Assembly (NCBI GenBank): GCA_022599915.1
Contig: JAHZLH010000027.1
Coordinates: 73,813-137,812, forward strand
From: Actinomycetes bacterium
GTDB taxonomy: Bacteria; Actinomycetota; Actinomycetes; S36-B12; GCA-2699445
Length of the DNA: 64,000 nucleotides
Direction: 5' to 3'
Positions within the stretch are counted from its first letter, which is position 1, and the number at the start of each line of letters is the position of its first letter. Shown here piece after piece: positions 9,349 through 19,141 of the stretch. The notes beneath the pieces are model-generated. The model did no database searches and was not told where the DNA came from. It saw only the letters and a list, made by a program, of their open reading frames with translations. The position numbers and the translations under genes were made by a program.

Positions 9349-10533
9349 CTACCGCACCTGATCCTTCGGAAGGAAACGCACTCGTAAAACCCCGTCAGCG
9401 AGTCCAGCACCCACTACTTGGTGCCGTTGCAGCGCCGAGGGCAAAGCCAAGACTCTCCGATACCCGCCAACGGTGACAATCAGTTCTGTATTGCGCTCCG
9501 CAAGATCGACATCTCCCTTGACCGCCAACGGCAGCCGCAGGACGACGACGATCTGCTCGCCCAGTCGCTCCAGCTGCAGCGGTGGCTCGGCTTCGGGCAA
9601 TCCCAACGGATCCTGGTCCGGGTAAACTTCACTAGCGAGTTCGCGGAGCTCCGCCACCCCGACCGGCTCCTGGCTTCGATAGGGCGCGGTCAGTACCGGC
9701 AGCGGGGCAATGTCTTGGCGAGCCTGCTGGAGTCGCTCAGCCTGCGCCTCGGCCCAGCCGCTGCGCCATTCATCAGCACCGGCAGGAAAGATTCGGTTAG
9801 CTATCCCGGCATCTACCCGGTAACCGAACAAAGCTAGTGATGTCAGTGTCCGACGAGCCTCTGCTAGCACTACTGCATCAGGGGTAAAGACCAGTCGTAC
9901 TGCCGAACCTGGCGCGGTGAGTACTGATCGCACCTCCGCTAAATCATCATGCAGCCGCTCCACTGCATCCAATACATCTGAACCTGGCATCGGCACACCA
10001 GTTGTCCGAGTCAACGGTGAGCGCAAGGCAGTGACTACTTTGCGCTCCACCGGCCAGATTTTGCGCATGTACCAATCCAGTGCCTCAGGTAGGGACAGCA
10101 ACCGCAGCGTCTCCGCGGTGGGTGCGCAGTCAAGGGCGATGAGATCGTAGTCGCCAGAGCGCACGTAGTTGCGCACCTCCAGGAGGGCCAATACTTCTTC
10201 GGCGCCTGGCAGCACTGTGAGTTCCTCGGCAGCGACGTTGCCGATCCCAGCGGTATCGAGCACTTTCAATAGGTACTCCTGCACCGAGCGCCAGGATCGC
10301 TCCAGCAGCATCCGGCTGTCCAACTGCAAAACGTCCAAGTGATCCGAGACCGGCAGCGGCCCACCCCCGGAGGCATCAATGCCGAACACGTCGGCCACCG
10401 AGTGCGCCGGATCAGTGGAGATCACCAGAGTTCGCAGACCCAAATCAGCCGCTGCTACCGCACTCGCGGAACATAGCGTCGACTTTCCGACGCCACCCTT
10501 GCCGGTGAACAGCAGCACTCTCGAGTCGGTCAT
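9349..10533 (-). CDS. ArsA/Get3-family ATPase (anion-transporting ATPase-like)
   Basis: Deviant Walker A FTGKGGVGKST at the N-terminus, DPAHS switch motif, and 394 aa length. Confidence 0.88.
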   Translation of the reverse strand: MTDSRVLLFTGKGGVGKSTLCSASAVAAADLGLRTLVISTDPAHSVADVFGIDASGGGPLPVSDHLDVLQLDSRMLLERSWRSVQEYLLKVLDTAGIGNVAAEELTVLPGAEEVLALLEVRNYVRSGDYDLIALDCAPTAETLRLLSLPEALDWYMRKIWPVERKVVTALRSPLTRTTGVPMPGSDVLDAVERLHDDLAEVRSVLTAPGSAVRLVFTPDAVVLAEARRTLTSLALFGYRVDAGIANRIFPAGADEWRSGWAEAQAERLQQARQDIAPLPVLTAPYRSQEPVGVAELRELASEVYPDQDPLGLPEAEPPLQLERLGEQIVVVLRLPLAVKGDVDLAERNTELIVTVGGYRRVLALPSALQRHQVVGAGLADGVLRVRFLPKDQVR

Positions 10534-10970
10534 GCCAACTCCTCCACCCGATCTTTCAGACCTTGCAGGGCTGTCCGCACAATGACCTTCTCCGCTCGTC
10601 GGCGAAGCGCCCCGATAATGGGCACCGTGAGTTTCATCGTCAGCCGATAGTGGACCGTGGTGCTACCCGCTTCCGCAGCGACGCAGCGGTAACTGCCGAT
10701 CAGTTCACTCACGGTTTGACCTGCGGTGAGGTGCCAGCGAACTTCGGAATCGGTCCAAGAGTCATAGCGATAGCGGTGGCTGTCCTTGATCGGTCCGGAA
10801 TCAAAGACCAGTTCCACGTCCTGTGGAAGTCCATCGGCCCCGCTGCTGTCCACCCGAGCGCTCCGGACGCCGGGACACCATTGCGGGTAATCGGGGATGT
10901 TGGCAATCACCGCCATTATCCGTTCCGGGGTCGCCGCGATTTCAATCTCGGCTTCGGTGGATTCCGGCAT
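10530..10970 (-). CDS. SRPBCC (START/polyketide cyclase-like) family protein
   Basis: 146 aa with a typical SRPBCC opening (EIEIAATPERIMAVIANIPDYPQWCPGV). Its stop overlaps the ArsA-like start (ATGA). Confidence 0.75.
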   Translation of the reverse strand: MPESTEAEIEIAATPERIMAVIANIPDYPQWCPGVRSARVDSSGADGLPQDVELVFDSGPIKDSHRYRYDSWTDSEVRWHLTAGQTVSELIGSYRCVAAEAGSTTVHYRLTMKLTVPIIGALRRRAEKVIVRTALQGLKDRVEELA

Positions 10971-11014
10971 GGCCCCACGCTACCCCGAGCGCCCGGGCCG
11001 TGGACCGTTGCCGG

Positions 11015-11782
11015 TTAATCCACTGTCAAGGTGTATGGCTGTCGCCGCGATCGGAAGTGTCCGACATTGATGATTTCGGTCTTGCCGATCGTGGTACGCG
11101 CAGCCAGCGGCTGATGGACGTGACCGTGCACCAGGTAGCGAGGTTGCACTTCGCGGACGTAGTTCAGCAGCGCAACGCTGCCTCGTTCCGACCGTCGCGC
11201 GACAACGTCGTAGCAGATCTCGGGAATCGCTGGCGGAATGTGCGAACACACCACATCCACCGGACCTAAACGATCCACTTTGGCCTGAAACTCCTCGTCG
11301 CTGATCTCAAAGGGAGTTCGGTAGGGAGTTTGTAACCCGCCACCCACGAAACCTAGCCGCAGCCCACCCACTTCAGCGGTGGCACCGTCCAAAATTTGTT
11401 GACCATCGCGCGCGAAGTCCGACCACATCGTCGGGATATCGACGTTGCCGTAGGTCATTAGGCCATCTGGCATAGCGGCGAATAGTTCCGCATACTGCTC
11501 AGCCACCCGTTCCGAGATTGATTGCCATGGGTCAGCGCCGATGGCCTCCCATAGTTCCCGAGAAAATAATCGCGCCTCGTCGAATCGCAACTGCAGCCTC
11601 AGTTCGAGGTAGCGGCGAGTGTTCTCCGGGCCAAACAAGTCGCAAAAGATTCCCTGGTGAGGGTCCTCGTAGTCTAAGAAAAGGATGAGATCACCCAGAC
11701 AAACGAACAAGTCGACATCCTGGTCGGCCGCTGCAAGCCCGTCCACCCGATAGTGAACATCACTGACAATGTTGATCCGCAT
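11015..11782 (-). CDS. metallophosphoesterase
   Basis: Motifs SDVH, LGDL, GNVD, GGG and GHVH appear in the canonical order. The start overlaps the upstream stop (TAATG). Confidence 0.85.
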   Translation of the reverse strand: MRINIVSDVHYRVDGLAAADQDVDLFVCLGDLILFLDYEDPHQGIFCDLFGPENTRRYLELRLQLRFDEARLFSRELWEAIGADPWQSISERVAEQYAELFAAMPDGLMTYGNVDIPTMWSDFARDGQQILDGATAEVGGLRLGFVGGGLQTPYRTPFEISDEEFQAKVDRLGPVDVVCSHIPPAIPEICYDVVARRSERGSVALLNYVREVQPRYLVHGHVHQPLAARTTIGKTEIINVGHFRSRRQPYTLTVD

Positions 11783-12270
11783 TAGGAGAACACCGCTCCC
11801 AGCATGGTCCCGATCACAGTCAGCACCAGCATCACTCCCAGTGCACCGAGTAACGCCACAGTGATCCGGGTGCCGCGGCTAGCTAGTGCTTTACCCATCC
11901 GCGACTTCTGCTGACTCTCAGCGGCGGCCAACAGCACACCCCACTGTTCGACACCCTGTGAGGCTGCCTGCCCACTGGCCGCATGATCCGCTCCATCGAA
12001 CGGCGGCGGCGCTATTGGCGGCTCAGCAGGGCCACCCAGCTGCGGAACTGGCGGGACGTTCCCCCCTGCGTGTGGTGGCGGCGGTATGGCCGGGCGCTCG
12101 CTCGGGGACAGCGATGGTGGTGATGGTGGTCGCGGCAGTGGGGGTGGCGGCAACTCGGCTAGTTCCTCCGGGGTTGGCGGTGGCCGCAGATCGGCGTGGC
12201 AAAGGGTGCACCATTGCAGTCCCGGTGATACCCGGGCGCCACAGTTGCCGCAGTTGAGATTGCTTGCCAT
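11782..12270 (-). CDS. zinc-ribbon / proline-rich / C-terminal TM protein (hypothetical)
   Basis: N-terminal CGNCGARV..CTLCH zinc ribbon, then PPPTPEELAELPPPPLPRPPSPPSLSP, then a TM helix ITVALLGALGVMLVLTVIGTMLGAVF. Confidence 0.6.
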   Translation of the reverse strand: MASNLNCGNCGARVSPGLQWCTLCHADLRPPPTPEELAELPPPPLPRPPSPPSLSPSERPAIPPPPHAGGNVPPVPQLGGPAEPPIAPPPFDGADHAASGQAASQGVEQWGVLLAAAESQQKSRMGKALASRGTRITVALLGALGVMLVLTVIGTMLGAVFS

Positions 12271-12277
12271 CTGCTCG

Positions 12278-12691
12278 TCACCACTGCCCGGTTCCTGGTG
12301 ACCGACCCGCCTCCATCTCGGCCTTCAAGGCCCACACGATGTGTTTCCAGCGCAACGCATGTCGGCGTCGTAGTCGGTCTGCTGCTCGGCGACTGCGCGG
12401 AGATTCCGAATATTGTCTAGCTTCAGAGCCCGATTGGGGGTCAGCGGGGTCGCCACGCAGGTAGTAGTGCAATATCGCGCCGTCACCAAAAGGCTCTACC
12501 CAGATTTCGGCTGATCCGACGAGTTCGCCAGTCATTGACCAGCGCAGCCCTTTCTCGCCGCGATCCATGAAGATTTGCATGGTGAGTTCGGGCCACCACG
12601 CGTTCCACCGGGCCTGCTCCGCCACGACCGCAGCCAAGCGCGCGGGCTGAACAACGATGAAGGTCTCGTCCACCAGATCTACCACGGGCAC
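12278..12691 (-). CDS. hypothetical protein, possibly SRPBCC-like
   Basis: The ORF is open to 12838, but that would collide with the divergent fadD start. GTG 12691 or GTG 12685 (6 nt after GGGGGA) are the plausible starts. The fold call is weak. Confidence 0.5.
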   Translation of the reverse strand: MPVVDLVDETFIVVQPARLAAVVAEQARWNAWWPELTMQIFMDRGEKGLRWSMTGELVGSAEIWVEPFGDGAILHYYLRGDPADPQSGSEARQYSESPRSRRAADRLRRRHALRWKHIVWALKAEMEAGRSPGTGQW

Positions 12692-12824
12692 TCCCCCATC
12701 TTGCCCTATCGCTCCACATTGCGCGCTACCCACGAGGTAGTGGTACGGCTTGGTCGGGGAGGTACTCGTCGGGGGCGCTAGCGACGAGAGTAGGCTGCGG
12801 GGAAGCACCTGGGAGGTAGCACAA

Positions 12825-14618
12825 GTGAAAGAATTCAAAGAACCCGCCCTAGTTGGTGTCCCCGACTATGGCAGCCTCGCCTCATTCCTCGTCGACAACG
12901 TGGAAGCGGCACCTAACGACAGCGCATTTTCCGTCCCACAAGCTGACGGAACCTGGCGCCACCTGAACTATCGGCAGTTCGCCGACGAGGTCAAGAAGTT
13001 GGCCCGCGGTCTCGCCGCCAATGGCATCGCAGTCGGCGATCGCGTCGCGATCATGTCCCGTACCCGCTACGAGTGGACGCTGACCGACTTTGCCCTATGG
13101 TACGCCGGTGCCGTTCCCGTCCCGATCTACGAAACCTCCAGCGCCGAGCAGGTGGAATGGATCATCAGTGACTCCGGCGCTGTTGGTGTGTTCTTGGAGA
13201 ACAGCGGTCATGAGGAGACGCTGGCTGAAGTTAAAGATCAGTTGCCAGCCCTCAAACACGTTTGGGTGTTCGACAAGGGCGCTCTGGACCTACTCAAGGA
13301 TCAGGCGGAAGAAACCCCGGAAGCAGACCTGGAGAAGCGTCGCGAGTCCGTCAAGCCGGGCGACCTCGCCACCATCATCTACACCTCTGGCACGACCGGT
13401 CGCCCCAAGGGCTGCATGCTGACCCACGGCAACCTGATGTTTGAGGTTGATGCCGTGGTGGCCGCCATGCCGGAAATGTTCACCGGTGGTAACTCCACAC
13501 TGCTCTTCCTACCGCTGGCACACGTGTTCGGCCGGGCCATTGAGGTGGCCTGCGTTCGAGCCCGCGTCCGGCTCGGCCATACCGCTGATGTGAAGAACCT
13601 GCTGCCCAACCTGGAGCAGTTCCAGCCCACGTTCTTGCTGAGCGTTCCGCGCGTCTTCGAGACCGTGTTCAACAAATCGCAAGCGAAGGCTGCCGCCGGC
13701 GGTAAAGAGAAGATCTTCAACGCCGCTGCCGACACTGCCATCGAGTACAGCCAAGCTCAGGATCAGGGTGGCATTGGGCTGGTGCTCAAGGTCAAGCACG
13801 CACTATTCGACAAGTTGGTCTACGGCAAGCTCCGGGCCGCCATGGGCGGCAAGATCACCCACGCGATCTCCGGTGGTGCTGCACTAGGTGAACGGCTGGG
13901 TCACTTCTACCGGGGCATCGGTATCACCATTCAGGAAGGCTACGGTCTCACCGAGACTTCTGCCGCCTCGACGGTAAACCGAGTCTCCAACTTCAAGATC
14001 GGGACGGTCGGCCGACCACTTCCTGGCACTGGCGTGAAAATCGCCGACGATGGCGAGGTGCTGCTCAAGGGGCCGCAGATCTTCCCCGGATACTGGAACA
14101 ACAAGAAGGCAACCAAGGAGGTCCTCGGCCAGGATGGCTGGTTCCACACTGGTGATATCGGCACGCTGGACGAGGATGGCTTCCTGCGCATTACGGGTCG
14201 CAAGAAGGAACTCATTGTTACCGCAGGCGGCAAGAACGTCGCTCCCGCGGTGCTAGAGGACCGGCTCCGGGCCAATGCTCTGGTCAGCCAGTGCATGGTG
14301 GTGGGAGACGCCAAGCCATTCATCGCCTGCTTGGTCACGCTCGATGTCGAATCGCTACCGGTGTGGCTGGAGAACAAGAACAAGCCAGAGATGTCTTTGG
14401 CGGAGGCCGCCAAGGACGCGGACGTGCTCGCTGAGGTTCAAGCCGCAGTGGACAACGCCAACAAGGCGGTATCCAAGGCCGAGTCAATCCGGAAGTTCGC
14501 GATTCTGTCGGACGAGTGGACTGAAGAAAACGGCCAGCTCACCCCGTCCATGAAGTTGAAGCGCAACGTGGTGATGTCTCAGTTCGCCGACGAGGTGGAA
14601 GACCTCTACGCGAAGTGA
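12825..14618 (+). CDS. fadD: long-chain fatty-acid--CoA ligase (FadD15-like AMP-dependent synthetase)
   Basis: GTG 12825 lies 8 nt after GGGAGG. AMP-binding motif IIYTSGTTGRPKGCMLTHGN, plus GYGLTETS, TGDIG and KLKR. Confidence 0.92.
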   Translation: MKEFKEPALVGVPDYGSLASFLVDNVEAAPNDSAFSVPQADGTWRHLNYRQFADEVKKLARGLAANGIAVGDRVAIMSRTRYEWTLTDFALWYAGAVPVPIYETSSAEQVEWIISDSGAVGVFLENSGHEETLAEVKDQLPALKHVWVFDKGALDLLKDQAEETPEADLEKRRESVKPGDLATIIYTSGTTGRPKGCMLTHGNLMFEVDAVVAAMPEMFTGGNSTLLFLPLAHVFGRAIEVACVRARVRLGHTADVKNLLPNLEQFQPTFLLSVPRVFETVFNKSQAKAAAGGKEKIFNAAADTAIEYSQAQDQGGIGLVLKVKHALFDKLVYGKLRAAMGGKITHAISGGAALGERLGHFYRGIGITIQEGYGLTETSAASTVNRVSNFKIGTVGRPLPGTGVKIADDGEVLLKGPQIFPGYWNNKKATKEVLGQDGWFHTGDIGTLDEDGFLRITGRKKELIVTAGGKNVAPAVLEDRLRANALVSQCMVVGDAKPFIACLVTLDVESLPVWLENKNKPEMSLAEAAKDADVLAEVQAAVDNANKAVSKAESIRKFAILSDEWTEENGQLTPSMKLKRNVVMSQFADEVEDLYAK

Positions 14619-14637
14619 TCCGCTAGTCGAATACGGT

Positions 14638-14673
14638 CAACGGCCCGCTGCCCCTTGGGGTAGCGGGCCGTTG
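14638..14673 (+). terminator. intrinsic terminator-like hairpin after fadD
   Basis: caacggcccgctgccc-cttg-gggtagcgggccgttg forms an approximately 16-bp stem starting 20 nt after the stop. The T-tract is weak (cgttgctgct), as is common in GC-rich actinobacteria. Confidence 0.65.
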
Positions 14674-14832
14674 CGTTGCTGCTAGTCCGCAAGATCTCGA
14701 CGGTGCTGTCGGAGGCCCTCGCTAGGTTTTCTACTGTTCCGCCAAGTACTGGTCAGAAACGGCTAGTCCCGACGGATCGGGCTGATGTGGCCCCCTCGCC
14801 TCGTGCGAGGAGAACGAGAGAAAGGCGCAACC

Positions 14833-15066
14833 GTGCAGATTGATTGCGAAACTTGTCCTGTGCGCGGCGAGGCATGCGGAGACTGCGTTGTGACGGCGCT
14901 GCTCGGACCACCGCAGCTCGACGAACGAGAAGGGGCGGCGCTCGTGCTGCTCGTCGATCGCGGACTGGTGCCACCGCTACGCGACCCCCGGACTGAGATC
15001 GAGGAGACCGGACATCCTGGCCATTACGCGGAATCCGACGGCGCCATATCGTCGCGGACTGGCTAG
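14833..15066 (+). CDS. small hypothetical Cys-rich protein
   Basis: GTG 14833 follows GAGAGAAAGG. The sequence begins VQIDCETCPVRGEACGDCVV (CxxC..CxxC). No recognisable family. Confidence 0.45.
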   Translation: MQIDCETCPVRGEACGDCVVTALLGPPQLDEREGAALVLLVDRGLVPPLRDPRTEIEETGHPGHYAESDGAISSRTG

Positions 15067-15110
15067 TAGTAGTCGCTAGCGGCAGGCTAGCGTCCCCCTG
15101 CTCTGCGGAG

Positions 15111-15374
15111 TCAGGGACCGCCTACTTCAGCTGGCGAGTCACCCACGCTGTGGCGCGGTACCAGCTCAATGCGGTCACTGGATCCGCACCAACGGCAGGA
15201 AACCTTTTGCACCTGCTCGCTATCCACTGCTACTTCCTCGATTTCTGGTTCACCAGCGATGGTGAAGTGCCAGTACTCCGACACCGTGCGCGTACGCACG
15301 ACATCGAATCGGGTGAGATTACCGCAGTGGCCGCAACGCCACCGAGAGTCGGGATCGGGAAGGGGCATCGCCAT
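15111..15374 (-). CDS. small zinc-ribbon protein (hypothetical)
   Basis: 87 aa with CGHCG..(about 45 aa)..CRWCG. It lies directly downstream of qcrB. Confidence 0.55.
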   Translation of the reverse strand: MAMPLPDPDSRWRCGHCGNLTRFDVVRTRTVSEYWHFTIAGEPEIEEVAVDSEQVQKVSCRWCGSSDRIELVPRHSVGDSPAEVGGP

Positions 15375-15434
15375 AGTTCTTGATCCTAACCGACCCCGTA
15401 GCCGTACGAACCAGCGATCCCGGGGGCTATCTCG

Positions 15435-17231
15435 CTACTGTTGCGAGTTGCTGCCAGAGCCATTGCTGGAACTGTCGGCAGGATCACCGCTCTCCAGCAC
15501 GTCAGTTTCTAGCGGTGGCTTGGACAACACTGCCCCGTCATGAGCGACGTGCATAGCCTCTTCCCGCTCTAGCAGTGGCTTCTCCATCTCCACCTGCTCC
15601 GCGATGTGCTCGTCAGCATGATGGATCTCATCCGCAGTGGGCTTTTCGATGGCGTCTCGGTGTATGAAGCGGGACAGACCAGCCCTACGCTTGCCCGACT
15701 TGTACTTCGGGTTGGCCACACCAGCGCTATCCGTTTCCGGGGGTTCGGGTAGCGGCTTGATGTCGGGCTTGCCCTCAATACGTGCCCGCTCGTTGTCATT
15801 GATTGGTGCATGCACCTCAATGAACTCACCATGCGGGAGCCGAAGGATGCGACCAGTCTCGCGGCCATGAAGCAGCAGATCGCGATCCCGACGTTGCAGA
15901 CTCAGACAGATTCGCTTGGTAATGATGAAGGCCAAGGCGGGCAGAATGATCAGCGAGAACCTCAATAACCAGATCATAAAGTTGATGGATAAATCGAAGC
16001 CGACTGCGATGACGTCGTTACCACCACCGATCCAGAGCACCACGTAGAAGGTAATCGCCATCACCCCCAAAGCGGTGCGGGTAGGCGCATTGCGGGGGCG
16101 ATCCAATAGGTGATGTTCGCGCTTGTCGCCCGTAGCCCATGCCTCAAGCCATGGATAGATGATGGCTGCCGTGACGATCAGTCCGGGCAATATCACCGTG
16201 GGAATGAAGACGTTCAGCGACAGGGTATAGCCGAAGATTACCCATTCCAGATTAGGCATGAGTCGTAGCGCCCCATCGAGCCAGCCGATATACCAGTCCG
16301 GCTGGGTACCTGCCGAGACTTGGTCAGGCGTGTAGGGGCCGAAAATCCAGATCGGGTTGATCTGCACAATGCCGGCGATGATTGTGATGAGACCGAAAAT
16401 CAAGAAGAAGAAGCCGCCAGCTTTCGCCATGTAGACCGGCATTAACGGATAGCCCACCACATTTTTGTCCGTGCGGCCAGGCCCAGGGAATTGCGTATGC
16501 TTCTGCGACCACACCAGCATCAAGTGGACGGTGATCATCGCCACGATAATGCCCGGAATCAACAAAATATGTATGCCGTACAACCGCGAGATAATGTCGA
16601 CGCCGGGGAACTCGCCGCCAAACAGGAGGAAGCTCGCCCAGGTACCAATAACCGGGATAGCGAGCAAAATACCTTCGATAATTCGCAGACCCGTACCGCT
16701 GAGCAGGTCGTCAGGAAGTGAGTAGCCGGTAAAGCCCGCGCCCAGAGCCAGCAGCGCTAGCGTCATACCGATAACCCAGTTCAGTTCGCGAGGCTTGCGG
16801 AAGGCACCAGTGAAGAAGATTCGGAACATGTGAACCGCTATAGCGACCACGAAGAATAAAGCCGACCAGTGGTGGATTTGCCGCATCAGCAAGCCACCGC
16901 GTACCTCGAAGGAGATCGCTAGGGCCGAGTCGTAGGCCTCCGACATCTGCACACCCTTGAGCGGGATGTACGGACCGTCGTAAATGACTTCGACGACACT
17001 GGGCTTATAGAACAAGGTGAGGTAGACGCCGGAGAGTAGTACGACGACGAAAGAATACAGCGCGATCTCGCCCAACATGAACGACCAATGGTCGGGGAAC
17101 ACCTTGTTCAAGTTTCGAGAAAGCCACGAGTTCGAGTGAACTCGCTCATCTACGTAGGTGGCGGCTGCAGCCCCTTTTTGCTCGACACCACTTTGCGGTT
17201 CGTTACTCACGGCCTGCGATTCGGTACTCAT
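15435..17231 (-). CDS. qcrB: cytochrome bc1 complex, cytochrome b subunit
   Basis: 598 aa and polytopic. It has the cytochrome b signatures (..MRQIHHWSALFFV..HMFRIFFTGAFRKPRE..) and a long actinobacterial C-terminal extension. ATGA overlap with the qcrA stop. Confidence 0.95.
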   Translation of the reverse strand: MSTESQAVSNEPQSGVEQKGAAAATYVDERVHSNSWLSRNLNKVFPDHWSFMLGEIALYSFVVVLLSGVYLTLFYKPSVVEVIYDGPYIPLKGVQMSEAYDSALAISFEVRGGLLMRQIHHWSALFFVVAIAVHMFRIFFTGAFRKPRELNWVIGMTLALLALGAGFTGYSLPDDLLSGTGLRIIEGILLAIPVIGTWASFLLFGGEFPGVDIISRLYGIHILLIPGIIVAMITVHLMLVWSQKHTQFPGPGRTDKNVVGYPLMPVYMAKAGGFFFLIFGLITIIAGIVQINPIWIFGPYTPDQVSAGTQPDWYIGWLDGALRLMPNLEWVIFGYTLSLNVFIPTVILPGLIVTAAIIYPWLEAWATGDKREHHLLDRPRNAPTRTALGVMAITFYVVLWIGGGNDVIAVGFDLSINFMIWLLRFSLIILPALAFIITKRICLSLQRRDRDLLLHGRETGRILRLPHGEFIEVHAPINDNERARIEGKPDIKPLPEPPETDSAGVANPKYKSGKRRAGLSRFIHRDAIEKPTADEIHHADEHIAEQVEMEKPLLEREEAMHVAHDGAVLSKPPLETDVLESGDPADSSSNGSGSNSQQ

Positions 17232-18316
17232 GGTCTACTGATCTCCCAGTAACTGGGGCCGACGGGTTCGGCGAAATCACTAACTGCTACTAGATATCCT
17301 TCATCATCCACCGTAATTGGCAACTGCGGCATCCGCCTATAGGCCGGACCGAATACTACTTCTGCTGAATCCGACAGGTCGAAGGTCGACTGGTGACACG
17401 GGCACAGCAACAGGTGGGTGCGCTGCTGGTACAGCGAGATTGGGCAGCCCACGTGGGTGCAGATCTTGGAATAACACAAGACTCCGTTGTAGTCCCAGTT
17501 GTCACCTTCCGGTGCCTGCTGGGACTGGATTTCTTCGGGGAGCATGCGCACGACGATGACGGCCGCTTTCGCGCGGGCATTCAAGTTGTGCTCTTCTTCT
17601 TCGACCTCTGGCAAATTCTCGGGTACCGCGTTCACCAAACCGCCCACCGGAATCTCATCTGCCTTAATGGGCTGGTAGGTGATGTCGGTAACCAGCCGCA
17701 TGCCTGGTTCCCATATCGTCGTCTTCAGCTCAACCGACGGGGTCGAAACCGACGCGGGCTGAATCCATAAGTCTCGCAGCGAAATAACGAAAGGAATCGG
17801 CACCAGCGCCATCGCAGCCAGCATGGTGCGGCGGATGATCGGGTACTTCGCCCAGGTGCTCTGATCCCGCCCGACCTCGTAAATGTCTGCGGCTAACGCC
17901 GTTTCTTCCGGAGTGGACTTCATCGGATGGCGTTCTTGCACCACCTCGACGTTGCTCATCAGTTTCTTCGCCCAGTGCACCGCACCGGCGCCGATGAGGA
18001 AGATAGCCAAGCCAAATGTCAGCCCCATCGCCGAATTCAGCGCACTGATAGGTCCGATGAACGGAATCGACACCACCGCATCGCGTGGGATGGCGATAAA
18101 GGCAACGATGAACAGGATGACGAACAGCACCGACAACATGAACATCGTGGCGACTTGTCGGACCGCCCGGGCCTGTGCTTTGGGATCGGTATCCGTTCGC
18201 CGCAGGTGATGCTCAACATCAGCGGGTGGCCACTCGCCTGGGCGCAGTTCTTTGGTCGCACCCCCAGTCGACTGAACTAATTCCTGACCGGTCTGGTCCT
18301 GGGTGTCGTCGCTCAT
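17228..18316 (-). CDS. qcrA: cytochrome bc1 complex, Rieske iron-sulfur subunit
   Basis: Rieske motifs CTHVGC ... CPCHQS. I chose the start at ATG 18316 (MSDDTQ..) because it forms an ATGA overlap with the qcrC stop. Confidence 0.93.
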   Translation of the reverse strand: MSDDTQDQTGQELVQSTGGATKELRPGEWPPADVEHHLRRTDTDPKAQARAVRQVATMFMLSVLFVILFIVAFIAIPRDAVVSIPFIGPISALNSAMGLTFGLAIFLIGAGAVHWAKKLMSNVEVVQERHPMKSTPEETALAADIYEVGRDQSTWAKYPIIRRTMLAAMALVPIPFVISLRDLWIQPASVSTPSVELKTTIWEPGMRLVTDITYQPIKADEIPVGGLVNAVPENLPEVEEEEHNLNARAKAAVIVVRMLPEEIQSQQAPEGDNWDYNGVLCYSKICTHVGCPISLYQQRTHLLLCPCHQSTFDLSDSAEVVFGPAYRRMPQLPITVDDEGYLVAVSDFAEPVGPSYWEISRP

Positions 18317-19098
18317 CGAACCTTCGCTCCGATCCAGATCGCGAGGATTACAGCCAATAGCATGCCGCCAATCCAAACAAATAGACCTTCAGTCACTGGC
18401 CCGAACCGGCCCAACGCCCAGCCACCCGGGTCATCGCTGGTTCGAAGCGACTCGATGTAAGCGATGATTTCGCGCTTGTCTTCGGGCGTAACCGTGGTGT
18501 CCGCGAAGACCGGCATCTGCTGCGGCCCGGTCAGCATGGCTTCCCAGATGTGCACAGCCTCGGTTTGCATGAGGTTTGGCGCGTACTGGCCGTCATTAAG
18601 AGCGCCGCCCCGGCCCGCAGCTTGATGACATTGTGAGCAGTTCGCACGGAACAACTCACCACCCCGGGCCACGTTGGCGTCGGAGTAATCCAGCTCGGAT
18701 TCGGACGGAATCGCCGGCCCTGGCGCGAGTGAGGCGACAAACGCTGCCATCGCCTGGATTTCTTCTTCGGTGTAATCGGGGAGTTTCGCGGGGGCTTGGG
18801 CGCCAAAGTTCGCCAACGGCATCCGGCCAGTAGCCACCTGGAAGTCAACCGCAGCCGCACCAACACCGATCAGGCTGGGCCCATTGTCCGAACCCTGGCC
18901 TTGCAGACCGTGGCAACTGGAGCAGCCCTCCAAAAACAGTTTGCGACCCTGCTCGATTTGCAGCTCATCCGCCTCTACCGATTGAGCCTGCGTGGCCGAG
19001 TTGGCCGCTGCGTAAAGGCCGCCAGTAACGAGCAAGCCCAGCAGAATCACCACCAGCACTGCCGCTGGGTGGCGTCGATGTTTGGCCAGTGACGTCAC
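18313..19098 (-). CDS. qcrC: cytochrome bc1 complex, di-haem cytochrome c subunit
   Basis: Two CxxCH motifs (CSSCHG, CSQCHQ), an N-terminal signal/TM segment and a C-terminal TM anchor. Confidence 0.93.
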   Translation of the reverse strand: MTSLAKHRRHPAAVLVVILLGLLVTGGLYAAANSATQAQSVEADELQIEQGRKLFLEGCSSCHGLQGQGSDNGPSLIGVGAAAVDFQVATGRMPLANFGAQAPAKLPDYTEEEIQAMAAFVASLAPGPAIPSESELDYSDANVARGGELFRANCSQCHQAAGRGGALNDGQYAPNLMQTEAVHIWEAMLTGPQQMPVFADTTVTPEDKREIIAYIESLRTSDDPGGWALGRFGPVTEGLFVWIGGMLLAVILAIWIGAKVR

Positions 19099-19141
19099 AC
19101 TCTCACCTCTCGTTGCTGGACGACCGAAACTTCGATGGTCC

